Part shown: piece by piece, positions 24,779 through 35,312 of the stretch
Position numbering within the stretch: the stretch's first letter is position 1
How the letters are laid out: each line of letters opens with the position of its first letter
From: Chiloscyllium plagiosum
Lineage: Eukaryota
DNA length: 54,636 bases
Reading direction: 5' to 3'
NCBI RefSeq assembly: GCF_004010195.1
Contig: NC_057749.1
Coordinates: 20,149,663 to 20,204,298 of the forward strand
Position numbers and translations under genes: made by a program
Notes under the pieces: model-generated
The model's input: only the letters and a program-made list of their open reading frames with translations
What the model was told of the DNA's origin: nothing
Database searches by the model: none

Positions 24779-25095
24779 AAATTAGATTACTTACAGTGTG
24801 GAAACAGGCCGTTCGGCCCAACAAGTCCACACCGACCCGCCGAAGTGTATACCATCTAGACCCATACTCCTACATTTACCCCTTCACCTAACACTACGGG
24901 CAATTTAGCATGGCCAATTCACCTAACCTGCACATTTTTGGATTGTGGAAGGAAACCGGAACACCCGGAGGAAACCCACGCAGACCCGGGGAGAATGTGC
25001 AAACTCCACACAGAGAGTCGCCTGAGGCGGGAGTTGAACCCGGATCTCTGGCGCTGTGAGGCAGCAGTGCTAACCACTGTGCCACCATGCCACCC
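24779..25095 (-). mobile_element. Full-length HE1 V-SINE
   Basis: A box tggcacagtgg, B box gggttcaactccc, V core and HER1-derived tail. Confidence 0.92.
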
Positions 25096-26940
25096 AAATG
25101 TTGGATCTGATTTTGTTAGGAGGAAATGTAGGAGGAAAACAAATGGTTTTAATGAGTGAACACAACACTGGCTGGCTGCTGCTTTCAGTGTTTAGTTACA
25201 TAGCCCAGTGAAATGAGAGAATATTTAAACTTTATTGTTGAGAATAACTCCTCCATTACATCACTGAGTCCTGGGCTTGTACAAGAGATTGTGGAAGTGA
25301 CAGTGCAGTTATAACTCCCCAGATGCAGTGATGGACATGAAAATGTTAGACTCATTCAAGAATCGACTTTGGGAGCTGTAAAACCATTCTGTAAGAATGA
25401 GAAGGATAATAGAATGGTCTGCCCAAAGTTGACTTATGAATATCAGTGTTTTTGAAGGATGAGCCACTTGTGCAGAGCTTCCTTTTGTCTGCCAATTGTG
25501 ATGTTCACAATAAACTCTATTAATTTCCTGTAATAGCATTAAATTATGTTAACACCAGGATGCCATCGATGCCTTCCATTGCTCCATTTTAAAACAAAAT
25601 GACAAAAGTTGCAATCAGTTAATATTCTGAGAATTGATCAGTATTGTGTCTAACCTTTAATCCTGGCTGTCAAAACTAGACGTTATGGGCTTCCCCTTTT
25701 AAAAAAAAATGTTGGATGACAATTTTAAATCTTGCTACATGGTGATTTGAGTGTGTGGCTTTTTCTGGATGGAGCCAATGCTGAAATGAAACTAGAGACC
25801 TTTTTTGTTTGTTGGGTCTCTATGATTCTTTCTTCATGCGTTTTTTTCCTTCTTGTCCATTTACCTGTTGATACCAGCGGATAGCTCTGATGTATGCCTT
25901 TCTCCCAAGGTCACAATTCATAATAATTGGCAGGTGGCCTGCAGGATTTCTGCAGTGTTCCTTCTGTCCCCTCTCCAGCTGTGATGTTTGTAAAGCACGC
26001 CAATTTGGAGAAGTGACATAACGACAACAAGCAAGTCTGGGATCTGCATGTTTATCCATCTGTTCCAGGCCGCAGCTCTCTTTTCCTTGAGCAACTGATA
26101 GGCCCTCAAGTTTGTCGCTTGGAAAGGCATGGAGTTTTATTTTGCCATGACTTTGTAATTTATAAATATAATCTAGGAAGCTGTGCCAGAGAGTGGGATT
26201 AAGTCACGTTTCTTTGAACCAGTTTGCAGTGTTCTCTGAGAGAATCCAAGCTTAAATTCCACCCCCCCCCTCCAAAAAAATGCCTAACCCCTGCAGACTG
26301 AGAGGCCACATGGGAGTCCTGAATTAATTGTCAAGTCGCTGGCTGCATTTTGACTTGTGGCCAGGGATGTTACTGATGCTGTCATTCATTCGGGTGCTGT
26401 TAAGGCAGTTGAACAGTAATAGACAACAAATTTGTTGGCTCATGGAAGACCTCCTCCAAAGTGCTAAGCTGGTTGGTGTATCCAATATCTGTTGGATGTA
26501 ACGCTCAGCATGATTCTGGACGTGTGATCAGTTTTCTTGGGTATTTCTTTCTCTCTGTATCTCTCTGCAATTCCTGCCTGAAAGTTAATCTTTTACCTAA
26601 ATATTTGGTTGTCTCTCCTAAATCACCCTCTGGCGCTTGTTTTTCCCAGCACCTCTGAAGAGCCTGAGACATCCTTTGCATGTTTAAAAAACAGACAAGG
26701 ACATGATAGTTGCGGAGGTAGTAATTTGTGTTTCAGACGTTAGGTTTCATGGTCTCACCTGTTGAGCTTGTAGGTTGTGCTTTAAATCCTTGCAAAGACC
26801 TGAGCACATTCTAAGGCTGAGATACTATCTATGACATCACCACAGGAACTGACATTATAAGAGGAAATGACATCACCAACCCAAGGAAACCTAAACACAA
26901 AAATAGAAAGTGGGTCACTAATACCACTGCTTCACCAGAG

Positions 26941-27174
26941 TTAAAAATCTCACAACACCGGGTTATAGTCCAACAGGTTTAATTGGAGGCACACTAGCTT
27001 TCGGAGCGTCGCTCCTTCATCAGGTGATAGTGGCCACTATCACCTGATGAAGGAGCGACGCTCCGAAAGCTAGTGTGCTTCCAATTAAACCTGTTGGACT
27101 ATAACCTGGTGTTGTGTGATTTTTAACTTTGGATACCCCATTCCAACACTGGCATCTCCAAATCATCTCTACTA
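26941..27174 (+). mobile_element. Fold-back Penelope-derived mini-element (family B) with intact hammerhead cores on both strands
   Basis: 188-bp spacerless palindrome 26940-27127 (centre 27033/27034, about 3 mismatches) plus tail; 12-bp TSD gcttcaccagag at 26929-26940 and 27175-27186. Confidence 0.9.
27041..27075 (+). ncRNA. Minimal type-I hammerhead ribozyme motif (mirror copy on the - strand at 26992-27026)
   Basis: CAC-CTGATGA-AGGAGC-GAC-GCTCC-GAAA-GC-TA-GTG: catalytic boxes, 5-bp stem II, palindromic AGCT in place of stem III, CAC/GTG stem I. Confidence 0.75.
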
Positions 27175-27459
27175 GCTTCACCAGAGGCTCACTGATGTTG
27201 TTACCTAGTATAGTGACAAAACATCTGAAAACGAACCTTTCAGCTCAGCGAACAAACTTACATTCAGAACCTCAATCTGAGCTACACAGCTTCTCAAAAC
27301 TTGCTAATGCTGTCTATGGATAAGCATTATCCCTTGCGTGGATGTAGTAAATCCATCAACTATTCGGAGAAGAGCAGGAGAGCTCTTCCTGGTGTCCTGG
27401 CCAAGATCCACCCTTTAACCAATGTCACTGAATGATTTATCTGATTGTTTAGCTGAACA

Positions 27460-28428
27460 TGGGAATAAAGGGGCCTTTATCAGGATGGCAACCTGTGACT
27501 AGTTGAGTTCAGCAAGGGTCAGTATTGGGACCTGGATGAATGAACTGAGGGCATTGTTGCTAAGTTTGCAGATGACTCAAAAATAGGTAGAGCGACACGT
27601 AGTACTGAAGAAGTGGGGAGGCTGCAGAAGGACTTGTTGCAGCTAGGAGAGTAGACAAAGAAGTGGCAGATGAAATATAGTGTGGAAAAGTGTGAGGTTG
27701 TACACTTTGGTAGGAAAAAAGACTATTTCTAAATGAGGAAAGATTATGGAAATCTGAATCTCAAAGAGACTAGTTCAGGATTCTGTTAAGGTTAACACGC
27801 AGGTTAATTCAGTTAGGGAGGGAAATGCCATCATTTCAAGAAGGCTAGAATGCAAGAGCAGTGATGTGCTGCTGAAGCTGTATAAGGCTCTGGTCAGACC
27901 AGGTTTGGAATATTGTGAGCAGTTTTGGGTCTTGTATCTAAGAAAGGATGTACTGGACTTGGAAGGGCCCAGAGAAGGTTTGCATGTATGATCCTGGAGA
28001 TGAAGGGCTTGTCATATGAGGAGCAGTTGAGGACTCTGGGTGTGTACGTGGCGTTTAGAAAGATGAGGGGGGACGTGATTGAAACCTGCTGAATACTGAG
28101 AGGTCTGGATAGAGTGACTTTGGAGAAAATGTTTCTGCTAGTGGGGGAGATTAGGACTCCGCTTCAGAGTGAGGTGACAACTCTTTAGAACTGAGATTAG
28201 GAGGAATTTCAACCAGAGTATCATGAATCTGTCAAACTCATTTGAGGCCAAGTCATTAAGCGTATTTAAGGCAGAGATAAATAGGCTCTTGCTTGGTAAG
28301 GAGATCAAAGATTACAGAGAGAAAGCAGGAGAATGGGGTTGAGAAATATATCAGCACTGATCAAATGGCGGAGCAGACTCAATGGGCTGAATAGCCTGAT
28401 TCTGCTCCTGTATCTTATGGTCTTATAC
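27460..28428 (+). mobile_element. Degraded CR1 (RT to 3' end)
   Basis: aagtttgcagatgac (KFADD) at about 27562; CR1 3' UTR at about 28320-28428. Confidence 0.85.
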
Positions 28429-29808
28429 CATTGCTGCTTGTGAGAGCTGACCAAGTATCTTGAGGCTTCTGAATTTAAGCTAGCAACTGCACTTCAAATG
28501 ATTTTTAGTGGCTGTGAAATGCATTTGGACAGAGGTTGTGAAATTCGCTGTGTGTGTGTGTATCCGGTCTTTGTTCTTTGTCAGTTTGCTAATGCCATCT
28601 GTAAAGCGGCTTCTGCCCTTTGATTCTATTGGACGTGTGAAAGTGTTCACAGTGGAAGACTCCGGCATACCAGAATTTCAGAGTCCGAGTCAGGGGCAGA
28701 AGTGAGTGTAGTGACCATCACGAAGAATAAGGTGCTAAGGAAACTGAACAGTCTGAAAGTGGATAAAGCAAAGGACCAGCATGGAATACACCCCGAAGTT
28801 CTAAAGGAGATTGCAGAGGGATTGGTGATCTTTCAGGAATCACCAGAGTCAGGGAGGGACACAGAGGACTAGAAAATGGCTAATGTAACACTGCTGTTTA
28901 AGGAAGGTGGGACGCAGAAGACCAAACTTGGCTGGTTAGCCTAACCTTGGTGATTGGTAAGGTTTTAAGAGTCCATTATTGAGGAGTACTTGACAGTGCA
29001 TGGTATAATAAGGTGGAGCCAGTACATTTCTGTCAAGGGGGAGGTCAGGCCTAACAAATCTTTTAGAGTTGTTTTGAGGAGATAAAGAGCAGGTCAGACA
29101 GAGGAGAGCCAGTGGACGTGATCGATTTGAATTTCCGAAAGGCCTTTGGCAAGGTGTTGCAGAGGAGGCTGCTTAATAAGATAAGAGCCATGGTGTTAGG
29201 GGCAAGATAACTGGCATGGGCAGAGGACTGGCTGACTGGCGGAAGGCAGAGAAAGGGGGTAAAAGGGTCAGTGATCAGTGGAGTTCCACAGGGAGTCAGT
29301 GTGGGACTGCAACTATTCACGTTATACATTAATGATTTGGATGAAGGAACCGAGGGCAGTGTTGCTATGTTTTCAGATGACACAAAGATAGGTGGAGGGA
29401 TAGATAGCGTTGAGGAAGCAGGGAGGTGGCAGAAGCAGTTGGACATGCAAGGTGAGAGGGCAAATAAGTGTTGGATGGAATAAAATATGGGAAAATGAGG
29501 TTATGCACTTTGGTAGGAAGAACAGAGGCATAGATTATGGGGAAAGACTTCAGAATTTGAAGCACAAAGGATTTGGGAGTCCTACTATGAACTCTTTAAG
29601 GTTAGCTTGCAGGTTCAATTGGTTAGGAAGACTATGCAATGTCAGCATTTATTTCAAGAGGGCTAGAATGCAAGCAAAGAGAAGAGATGTACTGTTGAGG
29701 CTGTATAAGGCTGTGGTCAGTCAGCATTTGAAATATTACGAGTGGTTTTGGGCCCCATATCTCAGGAAAGATGTGCTGGTCTTGAGGGTCCAGAAGAGGT
29801 TTACAAGA

Positions 29809-30073
29809 ATAATTCCTGAAGGGTTTGTCATATGAGAAGCAGTTGAGGACACATTGGGTGGAGATTAGAAGGATGGTTGGGTTGGGTATGGGCTGGAGAG
29901 GGAATATGGCTGAAATGTACAAAATACTAAGAGACCATAATTCCTGAAGGGTTTGTCATATGAGAAGCAGTTGAGGACACTGGGTATGTATTGGGTGGAG
30001 ATTAGAAGGATGGTTGGGTTGGGTATGGGCTGGAGAGGGAATATGGCTGAAATGTACAAAATACTAAGAGACC
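29809..30073 (+). repeat. Tandem duplication (128 bp + 137 bp) within the CR1
   Basis: ataattcctgaagggtttgtc...actaagagacc occurs twice; copies differ by a 9-bp indel. Confidence 0.92.
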
Positions 30074-30304
30074 TGGATAGAAGTGACGTGGAGAAGATGT
30101 TTCGACTAGTAGGACAGATAAGAATCTGAGGGCACAGCCCCAGTGTGAAGGGACATCCTTTAGAGCTGAGATGAATAGGAAGGACTTAACCAGTGGGTGC
30201 TGAATCTGTGGGACTCATTGCCACGAAGGCTGCTAAGGCCAAGTCATTGAGTGTATTTAAGAAAGAGAGAGGCTGTTGATTAGTAAAGGGATCAAGGGTT
30301 ATGG

Positions 30305-30822
30305 TGTTAGGTTCTTTTTCTTGAGATGCTTACACACCTGTTGCAACTGCAATACGCCAACTTCTGTTAACAGCCATAATTTCTGAAGCAAGTACAAGCT
30401 TTGGAGGATCACTTGACACTCTTCGCAATGCTTGCGAACCGTGTCAAGAGATCTCTTGTAACAAAGGGACCAGTTCTTCCTTTATACAAGATTTTACGTC
30501 ACAGTCAGTAATGCCCACAAGACAACCCCCAGTCACTCCCCCATAGTCACATGCCACTCAAAGACACAATGTAGTGATTTGATTATTTCCAGAAGCAATA
30601 TGGTTAGATCATAACTGACTGGCAAGATCTCGTGTAAATCGTTTTTCTCACTGCAGGGTGTGGTTAGGTTCTTAACTGCAATGTTCTTATTGTTTCTGAA
30701 TTGCAGGAGAAGGCTATGTAAATTTTTACATTCTGCCTGCAAGACAGATAAACATATCACCCACCCACCGGACATCCAATTTCTTGCAGGTCAGCAGAAC
30801 AACTTAATCCTTTAACATCTCA
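30305..30822 (-). mobile_element. Solo LTR, copy 2 (518 bp, TG...CA)
   Basis: atgg|TGTTAGG...ACATCTCA|atgg: perfect 4-bp TSD inside the CR1 3' end; TATAAA on the minus strand at about 30481-30486. Confidence 0.85.
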
Positions 30823-32355
30823 ATGGGAAGAAGGCAGGAGAATGGGGTTGAGAAGCACGTCAGCCATGATCGAATCTGCTCTGCGATTTAATGTGCCAAA
30901 TGGTCTAATTCTGCGCTTATATCTTATTTTCTTATGGAAAGTGTTGTTGCAATGTGAGAAATTGCTTGCCTGCTTATGTTGTTTTGTATCTGAGAAACCA
31001 GGTACTGGTTAATTACTGTAGCTCAGAGCCAGAAAAGCTCCTGTTACACTATCCTGTGATGGTGATTAATTCACAGGTACCTCTCTGTGGTTTCCATGTA
31101 ATTTCAAGATTAATTCTGCCTGTTGTAATCTGTTTTATATGTCATTGAGTGTGCTAACTCATCCCGGAATTTCCTACCAAGGAACATTTTTGGTTCATAT
31201 GAATCCTCAAATTGTACATTCTGTTGGCTTATGACACCTTTTGAACTATTTATTAAATTGCAGTTAAGATGCAATCATATGCTTGTTGAACACTGAACTG
31301 GTGTCTGTCTAAAGCTCATTCTCTGATATTCAAAAAGTTTAAAATTTACTGGTTGGATTAACGGGTTTAAATTTCTGGGGACAGCCTCAGGAAACTCATT
31401 ACTCCTAGTCTGTTAATTTAGTGACTTCATTCGGCTGTAAGGTTGTAATATGATCAACTTGAGAACCCATCTGAAAGATGATTTCCACAGTGGAAGTCTT
31501 GCAGCAAGGATAATGCTGGGATGTTATCATTCAATCTGGCAAAGGAGATTTGAATGGAGGTGGGAGAGCACTAATGCATCATGGCCGGAGAGAAAATGTG
31601 GAATGTTTCCTCCAGAGTTTGAATAGTTTTTTGGTGCAATGTTTGAGTTCTCACGCTTAAAATTGCACAGTTGGATCCATTACCTAGCTGTCCTGCTGTT
31701 AGAACCTGTACCTTTGGGTGACAGTGAACATTGGAGGTTAAAGAATACTCTTGAGCTTTGCTATATGCATCTCATTATTGTAAAATATTGCTCTGTGTTT
31801 GGCTGTGGCATCTCCAGCTGTTTTCGGGGAAAGGAAGCCACAGATCTTAATGACGTTTGGCTACATATTGTGTGTGGTTTGGCTTTAATCATTGGAGAGT
31901 ACAATCAACCATTCAGTGAAAGATTGAAGCAGCTAAAGCAAATCTGAGATGACCCAATTTAATTGTTGAAAGTCATATACACACACTGTAACTTTACTGG
32001 GATAAAAACCATGGTGGGTTGCACTTGGTGCACAATCTCAGGGAATGGCAGTTGGAGAGCGGAGTGCAATGTTGCAGAAGAGTAAAATTATGTTGGAGTA
32101 TTTTTATAGACAGTCCACTGATACAGAGTAATTATTATGCTGAGGTTTGGTCGAAATTAATCAGTGATGTTAATGTGAAAGATGGGATTCAGCACAGAAA
32201 TAAATTTGAATCATCAGATAATTTGAAGTGAGAAACTTTGAATTGAGAGCACCTTTTATCTAATCTGGTGCTACTTGGGGTGTTATCTGTATTGAAATAA
32301 GTCTTCATATCCAGATTTAAATTGCTAAACTACAGATCAGCCAGCAATAACTATG

Positions 32356-32544
32356 CTGGAAATGTGTTGCTGGAAAAGCGCAGCAGGTCAGGCAGCATCC
32401 AGGGAACAGGAGAATCGACATTTCGGGCATAAGCCCTTCTTCAGGAATGCCCGAAACGTCGATTCTCCTGTTCCCTGGATGCTGCCTGACCTGCTGCGCA
32501 TTTCCAGCTCTGATCTCCAGCATCTGCAGACCTCACTTTCTCCT
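32356..32544 (+). mobile_element. Fold-back Penelope-derived mini-element (family A)
   Basis: Perfect 14-bp TSD cagcaataactatg at 32342-32355 and 32545-32558; minus-strand core CTGAAGA-AGGGC-TTAT-GCCC-GAAA-TG-TC at 32417-32444. Confidence 0.88.
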
Positions 32545-32584
32545 CAGCAATAACTATGGCCCATGTTGATAAAAGATATTAGCT

Positions 32585-32840
32585 GTGTCTCAGTGCTCTT
32601 GCCTCTTGGTCAGAAAGTTGTGATTTGAAAATGTACTCTAAACCAGCAATTCTGTGACAGTGCTGAGGGAGCTTTACACTTTTAGACATATCGCCTATAT
32701 CCATCCCGTCAGATGGATGCCAAGATTCGCCAGCACTAGTTTGAAGAGCAAGGGAATTTTCACTTGCCGGTCCAATATATATCACTTAACCTTGCCCAAA
32801 AGAATCTATCTACTCTTCAAAGCTGTTGCGTTTTGTGGGA
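32585..32840 (+). mobile_element. Deu-domain SINE, degraded
   Basis: cagtgctgagggag...cagatggatg...tttgaagagcaaggga. Confidence 0.5.
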
Positions 32841-34449
32841 ATAAGGACTTGAAGATCGCTGCCTGAAGACAAGCTCTCAGTGATTGTCCACTGAACTCTG
32901 GCAAAGTGCCATGTTACTCTGCTCTAGTTAGGGTGATGGGGTAGGTCCCAAGTGGAATAAGAATCAAATCCTGTGTGATTGCTGTTATTTGATCCACGTG
33001 CTAGCTGTCTGGCCAGCTGAGCTAATCCATCCCGCTCCCCTGTGGGAATTTAGAGTGCAGATTGGTTGCCACGTCTCCTGCCTTAAGACAGTGATTTCAT
33101 TTCAAAAGTACTTCATTGACTGTGAAGTGTAATGGGGCTGTCAAAGGTTCTATATAAATGCATGTGTTCTGTCATAAACCCAGTGGGGATATCTAAGGGA
33201 GGCTGCCTGCTTTATTGCTCAAAGATGAGGCATCTGAGTCCTCTCTCCTTTTATAATTAAATGCTACAGATGTGGAGCATGCTACTGTTTAAGTTAACTC
33301 GGGTTGTTTTCTGAAGCTTCTGTTTCCACTACCGAGGAACTTGCAGCGCAGCCGTATACATTAACTGGCAGCTTTCTGCCTTTCCAAGGCAGACCACCCG
33401 AGGTGAGACATGATTTCACAGTTACAGTATCAGCCTCTGTTTTACTGATAGGATTGGCAGAATGCAGTCAGTGTCATTACACATTACTTTGGGGGGAGGC
33501 TTCTCTCCAGATGGGTTGGGGCCGTCACTGCCTGGTTTGTGGCAGCATTTGACCTTTCTGTCGTGAAGAATGGCCCATTATTTTTGATGGCAATTAGTTG
33601 GCTGCGGTTCATCCTGATTTATATGGAGAGCATTGAGAATGCAGCCATTATGTCAGTAATTGCAACGTTGTGGATACTGTGCTTGTACTGAGTACATTAT
33701 CTTGGGAATAGAATTTCCCTTTACTGGGTTCATTTATAATCTTAACTTTCATTGTGTTCAGTAACTGACTCTCTCTTGTTACTGCAAATGGCTACCGGAG
33801 TCTTGGGATATGTGACTGATCCACACTCATGATAGCTAAAACTCATTTGAATTGGACCAGATTTGAGTTGTGTGAAATAACACTCAGGCGCACAGAAATA
33901 TTGAAATGACGCAGAGAACATACTGAGAATCTGAGGAAAAATTCACAGAATTTGAACAGTCAAATCAACTATTGACGTGAGACCATAACTGTTGCTTTTT
34001 AAAAAATTCTTCATACCCTAACCTTGAAGAATAATGTGGAAGGGTTTGAAAAATGTTTATAGTGGCTCATAAGGTGGTTAACATTTATAGGGAGCTCGTT
34101 TTGTGCACACATGCAGCCCATATGGTGGGATGGTTACCGCTACCCATCAGACATTAGGATTCTGTTGAATGTCTGTTCCGAATTTGGATCTAGAACTCTG
34201 GTCTCTGGTTCTGGGACAATCAGAAGCAGAGATTGAGCACTGCATTCGTAAAGTGGAGGTGATGAGTGGTGAGGTAATGCACTCGCTAAGTCAAGGGCTC
34301 GCTTTATTAGTATTACAGGGGACCCGGCCTTGTGGCTTGGAAGCTGTTTTGTGGCTCTTTAGCACCTTCTTTGAGCTCCTAACCTTTTCTAGTTGGATTG
34401 CTTTATGCAAAAGGTCCTAAAACAAAAGCCACGGAAAGAAAGAACCATG

Positions 34450-34636
34450 GATGTAGGTTTGCTCTCTGAGCTGCAAGAGTTATTTCCAGATGTTTCGTCA
34501 CCCTACTAGGTAACATCTTCAATGAGCCTCAGGCGAAGGGTGACGAAACGTCTGGAAATGAACCTTCAACCTCAGCGAGCAAACCTACATCTAAAACTTC
34601 AACCTGAGCTACAAATCTTCTCAAAAATCACTAAGT
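34450..34636 (+). mobile_element. Fold-back Penelope-derived mini-element (family C)
   Basis: 10-bp TSD aagaaccatg at 34440-34449 and 34637-34646; inverted arms; minus-strand core (T)TGAAGA-TGTTACC-TAGTA-GGGTGAC-GAAA-CA-TC. Confidence 0.85.
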
Positions 34637-35312
34637 AAGAACCATGCTTTAGTTGTAGTCATCTAAAAAAGTTTGCACTTTATCTCCAAATGATTATTTA
34701 AATGATTTGTAGCCATTATTTGTTGATGTTATGAAAAGAAAAATTCAAGTGAGCTAAAAATTGCATAGAAGTCTTCAGGGATGCGCCGAAAACCTTTTTC
34801 TTTGGCTTCCAGGGAACTCTAGTTGAAACTCTGGATTATTTGAATAAAAACACTAAATAAATCTGTTTGTTTGATGTAACTGCAATCTGGTCATAGATAT
34901 ATACCTTCTATTTGAAAACAAGATTTTATGGTTGCACCTTATTATTTCCAAAAAATGCTGAGAGATATCCATGTATGTGTATGTGTGATGTGCTGTTAGA
35001 ATCTATTTTTACAATGAGCAAATCGTATAGCAAATTATCTAACTCTCCGTATCTTAAGTGACTTTCAAAGATGACTTTGCTGACAAATTTATGACTTAAA
35101 GTCCATTTGCAGTTGTCTTGTTATATACAAATTTTCTTAACCCCACAAAAATGTATTGTGCACCTTTTCCCTTGCTACTGAGAGTCTGATCTTCACTTAT
35201 TTGAAGGTATTAAAACAAAATTGAAGGAAATTACTTGTGGAGGAGATGATACACACTGCAGTCTATGTTTGTGAATACTACTATTTACGAAGTTTTCAAG
35301 AACATAACCCCG

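Larger units (their letters stand above)
26834..27306 (+). mobile_element. Penelope pLTR (family C) interrupted by a family-B palindrome
   Basis: Matches the pLTR at 52605-52800; TSD-like at(a/g)ct(a/g)tctatg at 26822-26833 and 27307-27318. Confidence 0.75.
26730..27455 (+). mobile_element. Deu-domain SINE disrupted by nested Penelope-derived insertions
   Basis: Head remnant at about 26730-26825; Deu core gtggatgta...gaagagcaggagagctcttcctggtgtcctggccaa at 27338-27410. Confidence 0.6.
28670..30935 (+). mobile_element. Degraded CR1 of about 1.7 kb net, with an internal tandem duplication and a solo-LTR insertion
   Basis: ORF 29271..29483 has SGVPQG, LFTLYINDL and FSDDTK. Confidence 0.88.

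Noticed and set aside
24990..25095. tRNA gene
   Set aside because: tRNA-derived SINE head continuing into the V domain; no complete cloverleaf.
25820..26130. Overlapping 70-79 aa minus-strand ORFs in unique sequence
   Set aside because: No recognisable homology or splice structure; length expected by chance.
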